A stretch of 60,627 bases of DNA, filler included, from Circinaria calcarea (Eukaryota): the NCBI GenBank assembly GCA_051942165.1. It is 10 parts of 10 records of this genome, joined end to end, with 100 filler letters (N's around TTAATTAATTAA, not from the genome) between each part and the next. Parts side by side here need not be neighbours in the genome. Positions count along the whole stretch, not along the records: positions 30,406 to 36,376 come from JAVECS010001725.1; positions 36,477 to 42,446 come from JAVECS010001726.1; positions 42,547 to 48,514 come from JAVECS010001727.1; positions 48,615 to 54,574 come from JAVECS010001728.1; 6 more parts are not named here. One strand, given 5' to 3'. The notes beneath the pieces were generated by a model, which did not search any database, was not told the DNA's origin, and saw nothing but the letters and a program-made list of their open reading frames with translations. Both the position numbers and the translations under genes were made by a program. Positions 35,918 to 49,214 of the stretch are shown one piece after another. Position 1 is the stretch's first letter, and each line of letters begins with the position of its first letter.

Positions 35918-36376
35918 GGGCGGCGGCGGAGGTTAGAATGGATTTGGATGTGGTTCGGTTGTGGTTTGTTGGGTGTGAAGGGAAAAAGAGTAGATTGCTA
36001 GTTAGTTGTTCCTCTCTGGCGGTACTCCTTGGTATTCATCACTCATACCTTGAAGTAAGGGAACAAACAAAACACTGTTTGGAACTAGAAGGGCACTTGT
36101 ATTTTCTTGGTCGCTACTAAGCCCCCCTTCCCCCCCCGAATGACAGCTTCATATTAGCCTTGCCTTGCTACGTGCTACACAGGTCTCAAGTTATTTATTG
36201 GTCTCGGCCTAGCAGCATGTAAGATTACAGTAACTACATTTACGACCATAGCCTTTTAAAGTAGCAAGTATCTGGAGTCGACTTTTCGACCCCGCTTCAA
36301 CATACAATACATGCATGCACAGTGCAAAAAAAGGAGACAGCCCATCCGACCACATGAACCATTCCGGTTTTACCAC

Positions 36377-36476
36377 NNNNNNNNNNNNNNNNNNNNNNNN
36401 NNNNNNNNNNNNNNNNNNNNTTAATTAATTAANNNNNNNNNNNNNNNNNNNNNNNNNNNNNNNNNNNNNNNNNNNN
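36377..36476. other. Artificial contig spacer
   Basis: N44-TTAATTAATTAA-N44. Confidence 0.98.
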
Positions 36477-37138
36477 CCACTACCAGAATCCACCCTTACG
36501 AACCGCTTCCCCACCCCCTTCCTCCGATGCGACCCCTTGGCAAAACTCAAGCACCCGTTCCCCACCCCAGCATCCTCGAGCGCAATCCAAAACCCCACCG
36601 CACTCGGCGGATCCGTGTACAAAAAGGTCGAATCCTGATGCGGCGGCACTGCCCCGCCAATCTCGGGCTGCTTGCAAATCACCATGCTCTGCAGCACACG
36701 GGGGTCACGGAAGCCAAGGGAGTGTGCCACGGCAGCGAAGAATGGTGTCAGGGTGGCGGCGCGGAAGGGTGGGGAGAGGGCGTGCAGGTAATGGCCAATC
36801 TTGTTGATGGCGCGTTCTTTGGGCTTGGCGAGGGTGCCGGTGGCGGAGTCGAAGGCGTCTTCTTCGAAGAAGAAGCGGATCTGGTCGCCGCTGGTGAGGA
36901 AATAGTCGTCACCGACGTGGGCCGAGTGTTCGCCCGTGGAGAATTTGGTCATGGGGTGGGAGGAGAGGGGAAAGGAGGTAAGGAGGGAATGGGTTTCCGC
37001 GAGGAGAGCGGAGATGGTGCTGGGGGAGATGGCGTTCGGGATGAGGAGGTAGCCATTGGTGTTGTAGAATTCTAATTGCTTCGGTGAGAGGCCTGAAATC
37101 TTGTCCGTAGGGGGCGGTGAGGTGCGGGAGGGAGCCAT
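36477..37138 (-). CDS. Phytanoyl-CoA dioxygenase-family (PhyH/PHYHD1-like) Fe/2OG dioxygenase, 3' truncated
   Basis: YFLTSGDQIRFFFEEDAF, AINKIGHYLH, QSMVICKQPEIGGAVPPHQDSTFL (HxD) and NGCLSFAKGSH. Confidence 0.92.
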
Positions 37139-37556
37139 GGTGATATCTAAGGATACTGATCCAATTGATCCTAGGTGCAGGTGACTAGAATCAGCTCATA
37201 GTATAATTATGAACTCGGGCAAACTGTATTAGACGATTTGAGCGCCTATTGGTAACCTTATATCATGAAGGATTACTTGTACTCTTGAGACAACAACCTC
37301 ATCATTCATTCACTACATTTTAGGAGCATAACTAACACAGCTATCAACGCATTCAATTATTGTGTGAGTATTCCATTGCATGAATGGTGAAGAGATACAC
37401 AGGCGTGATGACTCGCATCTACCCAATCGCATGAAAGGACCCCCCTTCCGATACCTGCAAAACTTTCCTGAGCTCGTTGAACGTCGCTCAATAGGACTTG
37501 TACATCGAAAAGCCCTCCCTCATATCACTAGAGCTGAGACAATCAACTCTTTCAAG

Positions 37557-39816
37557 TTACCTTTGTCGAGACGAATCGCGTTGTTTACCAGCCGCGCAAG
37601 TATTGTTACTCCAACCTACTTCCAAGTCGTCCATGAACCACGCAACGCGTTCTTCTTCCACCGTCGCGACGATCTGCAGACCAACCAAATTACGAAAGTC
37701 GTTATTGAGGGTAATTGAAAGAAATTCGCAATTGGTCAATGTCGGGCAAGGCGGTTGGTACACCACTTGGAGGGCATTCAGAACAACGTTTTGGAAGTGC
37801 GGCTCGTACGTGTAACCATTGATGGTGATCATGCAGTCGGCCGGTCCCGTATTGTTGCAACCAACATATGCGGAATATGCATTGATCCAGTATGCACTCT
37901 CGGCGTATCTAGGTCCGGCGCCAAACTCGCCATATCCTTCTTCGCCCAGCCCAACGGTACTATTGTCGGCGTGCACATTCGCTGTAGGGTCGGTAATGAA
38001 GACTGCAAGCTGCGGAGGAGAGATTGGAAGGTACGGGTCCTTCGGAGGAGGCACATATGCGAAACCGTTGGCCCAGAAAAGCTTGTGGTAGGTGCTGAAA
38101 ATCGGTGGATAGTTTGTCGTGTTTGGAGACGCAGAAAGCTTAGGTAAATCATCAAACTGCTCACAGGTTAGCATCTGACATACCGCACGAAATTACAACA
38201 TACGTCAATTGTAAAATTTCCAGAGTTTCTAACGGAACCGGTGCAGACAGCCGACGTCGAAGCTGCAGTGGCACTCGTCGTGGTGGACGCATTCGAATAC
38301 GGAGGCGCGACAGTTGTTGTATATCTTGGCGAAAAAGTCGAGCTGGTTGAAAGAAGTGGCTCAAGGCTTATTGTTGACAGACGAGAGTGTCTAATTGAAG
38401 GTGGTCCAAATGGTATTGCTTGGGCTGGAAGAGTTGTGCTTGAAGATGTTACCGTGAAACTAGATGGCATAAAGGAGGTGGAAGTCGAAGTCAGTATGGT
38501 GGTCTCCTCACAACTTGACGAAATGAGGCTCTCCACAGCAATGGTTGGTATGGCAGAAAAAGTAGGCAGAGGTGGTTCTGACGGCATCCCGGTGGTTGTT
38601 AAACTGGAGCTGGGACCAGAGCTCGAGCTGACTGGGGTCGACGTAGCAGGTGAGCCACCGTCATAGTTATTGGTCCAGGAAACCACTACGCCATTGATGG
38701 TTGCCGTGATTATCGCACCAACTTGAGGGGCTCTCTTGATCTTCATTTTACCGTCAGATACATGAGGAGAGGAATAAACAGGAGCAGAAGCAGAATAAGA
38801 TGGTTGAAGGAAACCGAAAGGAATGTTCGCCGCGCCTGTCGCGTAAGCAAACGTGCCCGAGTCGCTTCCTCGTGTCATGCTTTTGCGAAGAGATGTTGCC
38901 GATGAATTCCATCCATGAGTGCCAATACCGGTGAAGCCTCTCGCCAGAGTTGACGATGGAGGAGTTGCTTCTGTTAGCGTGTAAGTAACAGTCTTCCCTG
39001 GAACTGTTCTTGTTAAATGAATTGTCTGAGTGCTTGTGGAATTGATGTGCACTGTGCTTGAGGTAGGTATGTTCATTGTGCTTGGGGTAGTGGTTTTAAA
39101 TATGCTTGAGGAGGTAGTGATGCTTGCAACAGGCACAACGAACACTGTTGCCGTTGCAAGAACATACGATACCATTGCAGGTGGGGTTGACCCCCCGACC
39201 CATACGGTAGTGCCATCATGTACTGAGAAATAGTACGGACCTTGGACTACAAAAGCTGAAGTTGGAGAAGCCTGAATCGCCGTGGTAGAGCTCGTATAAG
39301 TAGCTCCAACTACCGTCACAACATTACTCAAGGTTACAAAGATGGTCGATGTTCCCGTAACGCCTGGTGACAATCCTGAGAGTTCTACTCCGTTAGTCGC
39401 AAAGGTTGAGGGAAAAATTGCCGAAGATGCGAACGGAGATGTGACAGCGATGGTGACGGTCACGGTCTCAGCAATTGTCTCAGTGATCGTACTGGCAGTA
39501 GTTGAAGGAGCGGATGACAATTGGCTCTCTGCAGCGACCGTCTTGGTGACCGTGTCGATAGATGTGACGGTGACAATCCCTCCGGTGCTGCAACCTAGAT
39601 TCCTGCTACCGGATTCAAAGGCGCGTTAGCGTTCGAATGACTTTCAAGAGCAAGAGCTATTTGGTTCTCAAAGCCGGCCCACGAGAGCAGACATAATCGA
39701 CATCAGGAAACAATGCAGCCTGAGTTAAAGAGACTGGTTATGCAAAAGACTTACTCGACAGCTCCGACCGCTGCAACGACACCAGCGATAACTCCTACAA
39801 CCTTGAAGAAATGCAT
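37557..39816 (-). CDS. Secreted Ser/Thr-rich (mucin-like) protein with a conserved-looking Cys-containing C-terminal globular domain, 3 exons
   Basis: Signal MHFFKVVGVIAGVVAAVGA splices in frame to the long S/T exon. Internal VGAIITATINGVVVSWTNNYDG motif; C-domain FDDLP..FWANGFAYVPPP..WFMDDLEVGWSNNTCAAG. Confidence 0.75.
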
Positions 39817-41921
39817 CCTAAACGAGTGTTGTTGAACGAATGACTAAAGACGACGTTTCCCTAGGAAGAATACAACAGGAATCTCCTCTCCAAAACGAAT
39901 GATTGGAGGATAGAGATGTAGGTTAGGTGTGCGGTAATGAAAGGTGGGTGGAGGTGAGGTGGTGAGAAATCGAAGTGAGTGTTCTGAGAGTCGTTTGTTT
40001 AGGGAACCGCGTTTGGTGCGTCGGTTTAGCTTAGGGCTAAACGAAGAGCAAACCCGCGCCGGAAATTAAGCAGAGGCTTGCGTATGACGGAACGGAGATG
40101 ACCACTTGCTTCCATCTGCATGTACATTTTAAACATACGGCAAAAAGACTCTTGGGGCAGGGATCCGCTCGAGATATCGGGTCCCTTGCAGGGCCGCGTT
40201 GCGGGTGACCGAGTTTGTACTTTGGTAGTTTCAAGGTCACCTGCATTTCACGTTGCACTACAGATGTTTCGTAGCTGCCATGTGCAACGATGGGTGCTAC
40301 TAAGGCTAACTTAACTCTGCAATAGCAATGTTGATGGCTTCTGCAACATGATGTTGGCCCAATCGTGCATGTATGCAGGTCGAACCTTTTATGTAAGATT
40401 AACAAGGTCTGTACATTGTGTGGGCGCCGGTCCCTGCAACGAGTATCCGACTCATGACCGGCCCAATGACGGATATGGTAGCCTCAATCATCCGTAGCAA
40501 AGTCTGGTGTATATCTGCAAGTCGGCTATATGCATAGAGAGAGGTCGCTAGACCAGAATATCGGCATTACCCTGGATCTAGGTCTTGGCCAGGCACATAA
40601 CACGTACCTTGTGGGCACATTTCAAGGGCTGCTCTCCACAGAACAGGCGCTTGTGAGGTGTACAGTATCAGAACTTGAAGGGCTGTGGGTAAAGGAAATG
40701 ATGATCGGTACCGTTACCCACTGCTCGGTGCAGGCAAAATAAAACCATTCCCAATTTCCCAAGTCGTGCCGATCGATAGTTACTGGGCCTGCAGCACTTT
40801 AATGTGCTTGCTCTTAGTGACAGCTGAACTTTCCGCACTTCGTTCTACTCCGCCAACGGTGGCAGTTAAGGCGCGGAACGAGCTCCTCCATCGTAAGAGT
40901 CACGAGCCGTCATGGTATGTGTATATGGTGCCAATCACCTCAGCCTTGAAAGCCAGGCATAATCGATCTGATAAGCAGGCCTTTTCGGGCAGCCGTTGTA
41001 TACTCTATATCCGGAATCACTAAGCTTTGTAAACGGATGGTTTCCCATGTTGCTGTCCATGCGCATGAAGGCTCGCCAATTAGGTCCTAGTCCACGCTCT
41101 GTCCTCTTCTCCAAAGGCCTCTTCCCGCAAAGCTCTTTGGATATCCTTTCCCTCAAACTGTAGCAATGAGGTTTAGAAAAGTGTTTGGAGTTGGTGTAAT
41201 TGAATGATTTGCTGAACGGAAACCTGCTCCTCTTCTGGCAATTAGATATCCTCTCTGGTGTTCTTTTCTAGACTAAGTATGCCTTCCAAAGGGAAACTAA
41301 CCACATGGTAGATCTTTTAGTTTGTCGGGGTATCCCATGGAATGCTACTGGGCATTTATATCTGCATCTCTGTGCTCAACCTCGGAGCTCTAGGATGCCC
41401 GTACCTAACCTTTAGAGTAGCTGAAAGGCACATTAGACACAGCTAAAGTCTTTTCCAGTACTGATAGGAAGCCTAGAACAGTTCCGACGTTAGAATGTAC
41501 CAGTGAACACCGTGTGCGTTCAGCCAGTTGCCAAAAACTGAGAAATTTGCTCTCGGTCTACCTGTACTGTAGTGGGTTGAATAGACTATGGAAGGAACAA
41601 CAGGCACCAGAAACGCTGGGCCGAGCAGTATGTCATGCGATATCATGTTAGGTTTATGTAAAGGTAGTCCTAGACCGGAGGTAGCTGTAAGAAAGGTATA
41701 GAAATTACAGGCCTATTCGGCCTTCCACAAGCTGCCGGAAGATATGACTTAATAGTCGCTGATTAAACGTGATTAGGAAGTGAAAGGAGCCGACTACCGT
41801 TTCTCACATGAGATGTAGATACATTATTGTCCGAACATGAGGTACTATTCCCTCGAATCCGACCTCAGAGAGATCGTGAATTCTCAACCTGAATCGAACT
41901 GTGCGAGCTCATAGAGACATT

Positions 41922-42446
41922 TCATCCGCGATGTTTGCACTCGAGGAGATACTCACTTGAAGAGCCACGTCTGTTACCAAGTCTAGAGACTTTCTCCGAA
42001 TTCCGGGAAGCCTCTGTTATGAATGAAGAGCTGTAATTTTCGTGCCCGATGTTGAGCTGCGTTGGAGAGGTCTGGGAGGTAGTTGTAGAGAATAAAGAGA
42101 ATCTCTTGAGGGTGTATGTAGATACAAACCAAGGGATAATTCCTGCCAGACGAATATCCGTGATATATTGTCTTAAGATAATTAACGATGGCCCCCTTCT
42201 CAATGGTGATGATGGCTGAAGGATTCCTTTAATCGTATGTTCCCGTGTGCTGTTGGGCATATCCAGCCTCAGTAAGGGCAACTGGTCTCGGTGGTAGGCA
42301 TAAAAAATCCGGGCTGGCCACGTGGACGTCGACTGCATTTTCTGTAGCAAAGTAGGCCATTGGATTGTATCGTAGTCTGGCTGGTACTTCCATGATTCTT
42401 TGCTTTCAGCTAGTGGTCTAGTGGAGTGATGAGAGTAGTCCAAAAG
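41922..42446 (-). CDS. Hypothetical protein fragment, 5' truncated
   Basis: Frame is open from the contig edge for more than 170 codons; no recognised motif. Confidence 0.35.
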   Translation of the reverse strand, partial: LLDYSHHSTRPLAESKESWKYQPDYDTIQWPTLLQKMQSTSTWPARIFYAYHRDQLPLLRLDMPNSTREHTIKGILQPSSPLRRGPSLIILRQYITDIRLAGIIPWFVSTYTLKRFSLFSTTTSQTSPTQLNIGHENYSSSFITEASRNSEKVSRLGNRRGSSSEYLLECKHRG

Positions 42447-42546
42447 NNNNNNNNNNNNNNNNNNNNNNNNNNNNNNNNNNNNNNNNNNNNTTAATTAATT
42501 AANNNNNNNNNNNNNNNNNNNNNNNNNNNNNNNNNNNNNNNNNNNN
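42447..42546. other. Artificial contig spacer
   Basis: N44-TTAATTAATTAA-N44. Confidence 0.98.
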
Positions 42547-42954
42547 TGGGTATGTGGTTGTGGAGCGAGTAATAGAGGGGCGGGAGGTCTTGAGAGATTG
42601 TGGAGAAGGGGCAGTAGTGGTGAGGATTTGGGGGGGACTGGCGGATTTGAAGGCGCGAAGGGCATCTTCGAAGTCGGTTGCTCGTTCGACTGGGGGTTTG
42701 GAGGAGTTAGCTTGAGTTTTAGGTTTTGGAACGAGGATCATAGGGGGAAAGTTACCTGCTGAAGTTGCTCTTAGGGTGAGGATTTTAATCTGAGATTCTA
42801 GGTCCGAGATCTTCTGTTGCGCATCTTCCCCCGGGTTGTGAGTGGGAGAAGGGAGCTCTACTCCGCAATTTGGACAGGTGGATAAGAAAGATGGCTGGTT
42901 AGATACGCTTTGTAGCTTCTCTTGGTCCTCGACGCCGGCTGTAGACACGTGCAT
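42547..42954 (-). CDS. N-terminal part of a small Sec2-domain (Rab GEF coiled-coil) protein, 3' truncated, start uncertain
   Basis: CPNCG knuckle followed by AQQKISDLESQIKILTLRATSA-(intron)-VERATDFEDAL. Confidence 0.6.
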
Positions 42955-43413
42955 AGCCGGGTATAGGTGGAGGAAGACTCGAATGTACCTTATTTCCTAC
43001 TCTGTAAGTGGCAGAAGAAGTATCGTGCTTGGGCTTTAGGTGTGGGTTGGTACGGCGGATGATCGTCAAAGGACAGATGGCACTTGTAAGGGAGCCCTGC
43101 TAGCCGACTGCTAGCGGGCGGACGCGTGCATTGTGGGGAAAAGGCACTAAACAACCATCAATGAAAAGTGATGCTTTTGATCATCTCTATTGTCCAAACA
43201 TCAACCCTCATAAATTAGCAGAGATCACCAAACCTCCTCGCCAACAACCATGATTTACGAGCTTCAATCCAACTGTAGCTTAGTAGCAATTCGTAACTGC
43301 CGTGACTGCAACTCCTCCAGAAATGCTTCCCACCAAGCCAAGCAACAAACGGACCCTCTAGGAAACAAATTACCTGATGCCATATTGAACTGATGTCCGC
43401 AGCTCACCGTTTT

Positions 43414-44363
43414 CTATTCTACCATGTTGTCACCAATAACCTGCATCTCCACGGCATCCCAACGAAGCAAAACCGATTCCCCGATCGAGCTCTCCAACTT
43501 GATCACACTGACCTTCATTTCTTCATACCTTGTCTCCTTCTCCTTGAACTCCTCTGCCCGTTTCATCTTCAGTGCTTCGAGACGCTCTTTCTCTCTTTGT
43601 TTGTCCAGTTGTTTTTTCTCGGCCTTTTTACTGCTCGCCGCTTTGGCTTTCTCGGCCGCTGTCCTCCTATCAAGTTCGACTTGTTTCAAGAGGACTTCGT
43701 TAGATTCTTGCGGCTGAATTTGCTGCGAGGGTTCCGTCTGCAGTTTCTCTAAGTTTGGAGGTGGTGAATATCGTTTCGCATTGGAGAAGCTGCGTCGTCT
43801 TTCCTCCTCCAAGGCTCTGAATGTTTCATTCTCTTCTGCAATCCTGCGTTCAAATTCTTGTCTTGACACCAGCCTGGGATCCTGTGAAACTGCTCTTGGA
43901 GCTGGAAACCGAATAATTGCTTTGCTGGTTGGCCGTCGAGAATACGTCTTCATCGGACGTCTGATCTGAGATGTGGGCTGAAAGAACACTGGCTGGGAGG
44001 GCGGATGTGTTGGGGAGGCAGAGTGATGCCGGAGGGGTGGCTGGGGCTGTGGGTACATCGGTGAGATAGACTGAGGTTGAACGGAAAGAGAGTCTATGTC
44101 CATGACAGCTTTCATGAAGAATATGTCAATATAATAATAAAATCTTTCAACCGCCGCAGCTTCGAAGAAATACCTCTCGCCACCGTTTCCAACTGAGGCC
44201 TAAGTGGATTCGTGATTCGTTGTGGCACTTGCTGTAGTTGCGGCTTTGGCGCCGACTGATAATTCGGATCGACAGGCCAGGAAATTTGCGGGGTTGAATT
44301 CTCAGGCGGAGGAGCATTACCAGGATGTGGCCTATGATCACCTGAAATAGTTTGTTGATCCAT
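43414..44363 (-). CDS. Hypothetical Pro/Gln-rich, charged coiled-coil protein; exon structure uncertain
   Basis: 233-codon ORF with an E/K/R-rich helix (43414-44115) plus a compositionally similar upstream ORF (44112-44363). Confidence 0.5.
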
Positions 44364-46113
44364 TGGCGCTCGAGAATGATAAGAGGATGCGTTTTAGTTG
44401 ATATACTGTAGTTGCTGTAGGGGCGGACTAGGATTCCGTCTTTCTGGTCGACTCAGATATATCCAGTCGGTGATTGTGCCTGGTTTGGTTTGGATGGACG
44501 CGTGCTGTGTAGGTGATTTTGTCCGGTGCGTGAAGAGATTGGATGAAGTGGGAGTAGAAGATCACCTCGCGTATAAACGGCTCGCTTATACCTTCCGCCC
44601 TGCACTCCCCAAAGTTTACTTGTGTTGAAGAAGGAACAATAGGAACACCTACTGAATTCTACCAAAGCACAGCTGCCGCTCGTTTGTAGTTCTACTTCAC
44701 TGCCGTATCTCAACATGCGATCACCTCCTCTGCTTAAAACCATCCACATCACCACGGTGACCTCTCCACTGAGTTCATAGTCCTATGCTAAATTTGCAAG
44801 GAGAGTGTATCTATGACCAAAGAAGAATCATCCCCATCGTACATTTGATACAATCACATAGAAGCTGACCCTTGGTACAGGAAACTGGTTTACAGACTGT
44901 TTCTGTAAGTGTGGGTCTGTTTATTCTTTGAAGGTCAAATCGTCCATTCCCGCCAGAACTTTTCACTGCTTGAGACGTATGAGATAATCAGATTTCACCC
45001 TTTAGTCACGAACTCTAGTTATTCTTCTTGTTGTATATTTGGGTTTAGGCTCTTTCAGAACTAGCTAACGGATTCACTGTGTTGGTTTGGTGGTGAGGGG
45101 CTTTGAGTACACACAGGAAAGGCGCAATAATTGTGGTCCTGAGGATACCGGAATATCCAATGTTGGCATTTATCGACTGTAACAAGTCACAGCGTTCTGG
45201 AAGAGGTTCTCCCCTGCAGCTTTGTTCGATTTTCTGAGTACGGTATCCACTATCGGGTCAAGTCTATTCGAACTGGAGCCGCAAAGAACTTGGATGGCAG
45301 GTTGACCAATGAATGGCCTGAGAGTCAGGACTTGTATCTGGCTTTAATAAGACACAGGAAGAGGCCTAACTTGCTTCCACTCCATTCTTTCAGAGCGCAG
45401 CATGTGGAGGATTCATCCTGATAATTTGCCCTATTCTGTACTTATATACCTATAGCAGTGTTCCATTGTTGAGCAGCGGGTGCATTCTTTTTTAGACTGT
45501 TCAGAGGTCTTGAAATCCTTTGCCTATCTGCTTGGCCTTCTTTTGGAGGAAGCATGAAATATGGAATGCTGTGAAACTGATAGAATGTGGTGCGAAGCTA
45601 AAGCAAGGAACGGGCAGAAAAACCGATGGAACTGTGAAGATGCCCCTGATGATCTCTGCCGAGATGAACGTTGGCTTAACTACATATGTACGATGGAGCT
45701 GACTTTCATTACAAATTCTCTACGCAGGAAGAGGTCGATGACACTCGGACATACTGTCGCAGTTGACATGCTAGCCGACGGACTGTACACTAAACAGAAG
45801 ATTCTCACATTTGATCTTCAGTTTTGCTCGAGACGCAATCTCATTATTGGCCGTTGTAAGGTTATTGCATCGCAGTAGGTATATGCCGGGCTCAGGGAAG
45901 CGAAGGCGGGGATGAGATGACGCTTCCGTCGACATTTCTCCGCCCGCTTTCTGGCCGAACGACGGAGATGAGCAAACTGTCCTCTACGCCTGCATCTATA
46001 TATTCTCTACAATGGCCTCGCTCCTGGCGACTGCATCTCGCAGATCTTTGTATCCACTCGCTAGAACAGTTGGACGGACACAGGTTCCCCGCTCGTGTTA
46101 CAGAATCGCCAAC

Positions 46114-46779
46114 ATGTCGCAAATCGCAACCCTCGACGTACGTTCTCGGACAACTGGGTTACGCAGGGCTCCTCGGTGACTAACAAGCATGTGAAGACTT
46201 CGCTCAAGAGCCGACTGCCAGCATCAGCTCATACAATGTTCACGGCCAAAGCTGAGAAGAAGCTCAGCTTCGAAGCCATTGCAAAGGAGCTGGATCGCTC
46301 CGAAGTGGCAGTCGCTGCGCTTTTCTACGGCCAAGCCCGGGCATCCGAGGAAGATATCCAGAGGCTGTCGAAGATCCTAGGGGTGGACGAAGGCACCCTC
46401 ACCAAAGAACTTGCTGGCTTTCCCGACCGTGGAAGGACCATTGACATGCCACCCAAGGAACCCTTGATCTACCGTCTCTTCGAGATTGTCCAAAACTACG
46501 GCTACGCTTACAAGGCCGTCCTGAACGAGAAATTCGGCGATGGGATCATGAGCGCAATCAGCTTCTCGACCAAAGTAGAAAAGGAGACGGATAAAGACGG
46601 GAATAACTGGGCTGTGATCACATTACGTGGGAAATGGTACGTTCAGTCATCTTCGAGTGTTGGAATGGCCTTAGCAAGTCGGGTCAGCAGGGGGAGGGGG
46701 CGAAGTGGAATCCAAATCGGAACAAACATGAATCCAACGCTTACATACGACGTGCAGGCTACCATACACGAGATTCTGA
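46114..46779 (+). CDS. CYN1: Cyanate hydratase (cyanase), 3 exons
   Basis: MSQIATLD-..[77 protein letters not shown]. Confidence 0.96.
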
Positions 46780-47417
46780 AATACCAACTCGACCCCCAAA
46801 CTTTTTATGTAGAAACGAAGAGTCAATACCGGTAGCAAGACTACTCTTATCCAATGCGACAATCACCTGACAATCATTGAATCATAGTTGAACTTTCCTT
46901 TGCGTGTTTGGGCGGTCTCCGCCAGCCTCTTACGTTAAATTGTCTTGATTATTTGGAAAGCATCCAATCGCAGGATCGTTACATCGACTTCCGTTTCATT
47001 CATTCTCTTATCGTTCAATCCGTCGCGAAGGATATCCTCGTACTAGCTGGTCTAGTACTTTTCGTAATCTGTCAGTGTTAGCGAGTGCGACGCTGTGGTG
47101 AGTAACAGCCAAGACTTTGCTCTCTACGAGCCTCTCCAAGTCACATCGACGTCCATACAAAACCCTGACCACCGCCCGCTAATCTGACCCTGCATAAGGG
47201 AACCCCATTTCTGCAGCCCTGCAACGTGTCGGCCCTGTACCTGCGTCAGTTGTGCATGAGTCCAAACCGTAAGTAAATTCCCATCCTGCTGCCCTATACC
47301 ATTCCCCATCTTCTATCCTAAGCCGATGCCCTCCACACAGACCTTGCATCCCTTCGATGCGCACCTATCTGAATAGCATCAATCCAGAGACGAGCATAAA
47401 CTACGACTCTCATCAGC

Positions 47418-48146
47418 ATGGGCCAAACCCAGTCCAAACGCAGCTCCACGCATTCTCAGACTCCCCTCAACCCTCGGGATTCAGATATTCAACCTCCCCC
47501 GGCAACCTACGCCGATAACTCGCAGGCGTCTCCTCTTTCCCCTCCGTCTGCTGATGACTCCATCACCCAGCCTCTCCCGCCTCAACATCTCAACCGCATA
47601 TCCGCCCTCATTGACCCACAAGATCTCCTCGGCCTGCATCCCGAAGACTTTGAAGCCAACCCATACGCCTATTCCCCGTTTCCAATTTCCCCCACGCGGC
47701 GGCGTCAAGCCCGCCTCGTCATGCTCTCTCCCTCCGGAAATACCTTTTCGCACACGGCCTACCTCACCCACCCAGACCGACCCCTCACCATCCGCGAGCG
47801 CCAGCAAAAGGTCCGCCTCGCCATGGAGAAACTCGAAGAAGCGCGAGCGGAGAAAGCGGCGATGAGGCCCCAGGGTCGGACTCTGTCGTTTCGACGCGAG
47901 AAAGTGCAGGTGACGCCGGTACCGACGCTGGGGACAGTGAGTGAATTGAGTCCGTTTGAGGAGGCGAGGATTGAACAGGGAAAGAGGGAGTGGGAGGAGC
48001 GGCAGCGGGTCAAGGAGGAGAGGAAGAGGAGGTGTAAGGAGGGGTGTTTGGGCGAGTGTTGGGGCTTGTGTTGGATGTGTCTGAGGAGGAGGAGGGAGAG
48101 GGATGAGGAGGAGAGGGAGCGAAGGAAGGGGAGGGAGAAGGTTTGA
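47418..48146 (+). CDS. Hypothetical 242-aa protein with N-myristoylation motif and Cys/Arg-rich C-terminus
   Basis: Intronless ORF starting MGQTQS; HPDRPLTIRERQ motif; CKEGCLGECWGLCWMCLRRRR tail. Confidence 0.6.
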   Translation: MGQTQSKRSSTHSQTPLNPRDSDIQPPPATYADNSQASPLSPPSADDSITQPLPPQHLNRISALIDPQDLLGLHPEDFEANPYAYSPFPISPTRRRQARLVMLSPSGNTFSHTAYLTHPDRPLTIRERQQKVRLAMEKLEEARAEKAAMRPQGRTLSFRREKVQVTPVPTLGTVSELSPFEEARIEQGKREWEERQRVKEERKRRCKEGCLGECWGLCWMCLRRRRERDEEERERRKGREKV

Positions 48147-48514
48147 TTCTTTTGGTTTTGGGGCGGTTTGATGATTAAGGGGGGGCGAGGTAGGTAGCCT
48201 TATGTGATTAGAAGGCCATTGTTTTTTTCTGTTCTTAAGAAGCGAAAGGGCCCAGATCCCAGAGACGGGTGTTTTAATTTCTGCCGGAGTTGGAGCTGGG
48301 AGCTGGAGCGGGTTGTTACCAGCGATATAAATCTCCCCTTCGTTGTTGCACAAAATCTTACCTATTTAAAACCCCCCCCCCTTTCTCTCCTCGAGTCTCT
48401 CGGGTTGAAAATACATTCCAATCAGCTCCTCTCATCCGAACCCATGCTCTATCGTCTTACCTCCAACTTCCAAACCCGTAATCCCTATTCTTCACCCGTC
48501 CCCGTCTCCGTCCC

Positions 48515-48614
48515 NNNNNNNNNNNNNNNNNNNNNNNNNNNNNNNNNNNNNNNNNNNNTTAATTAATTAANNNNNNNNNNNNNNNNNNNNNNNNNNNNNN
48601 NNNNNNNNNNNNNN
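48515..48614. other. Artificial contig spacer
   Basis: N44-TTAATTAATTAA-N44. Confidence 0.98.
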
Positions 48615-49214
48615 ATCATACAGTCTCTACGTACAATGCCGTCATGGCAACTTGAGCATCGGGAATTTATTCTCTGTTACTGTTTTGAACGGATGTTCAC
48701 ACCATACAGACAGGTAGTCTTGCATGATGTTTTGTACGGAGTACACATGATCGAAGTATGCTTGAGACGGAGCCACCCCGATCCCAAAGAGGTGGATATA
48801 CTCTCGTCCGGTCTGGAAAGGGTGCGCCAGCTCTTGCCGTCGACGGCATATGACGAATTCAAAGAGCTGGTAGTCAAGTTGACCGCGGCGCCGGCCTTAG
48901 CCTCTACATTTGATGCTCTAACCCGACCACCCAAGCGACAGCTCCTGCTTAGACACCACCAGTGGAAAACTGAGTTGAAAGAGTGGGCTTCCAGTGTCTG
49001 GGATCACTCCAGACTCGCAGCATGGAGCCTTTTCGCCAAACCTGGGAACCGGAAGCTTGCTCAGCTCCGGCAAGCAAGGGTTTATCATCAAGAAAGGAGG
49101 AATCAGAGGGGACTGATGTGGACTGGTAAACGAAGGGCGAGCGTTTTTCAACGCGGAGGTAAGTCCCACTTTCTCCAACTATCCGAGACGACCCTGACAC
49201 ACAGTGTTCCATAG
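48615..49214 (+). CDS. Hypothetical protein fragment, probably 5' truncated
   Basis: About 190 open codons next to the contig edge; GTAAGT donor near 49159 suggests a further exon. Confidence 0.4.
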   Translation: MIQSLRTMPSWQLEHREFILCYCFERMFTPYRQVVLHDVLYGVHMIEVCLRRSHPDPKEVDILSSGLERVRQLLPSTAYDEFKELVVKLTAAPALASTFDALTRPPKRQLLLRHHQWKTELKEWASSVWDHSRLAAWSLFAKPGNRKLAQLRQARVYHQERRNQRGLMWTGKRRASVFQRGGKSHFLQLSETTLTHSVP

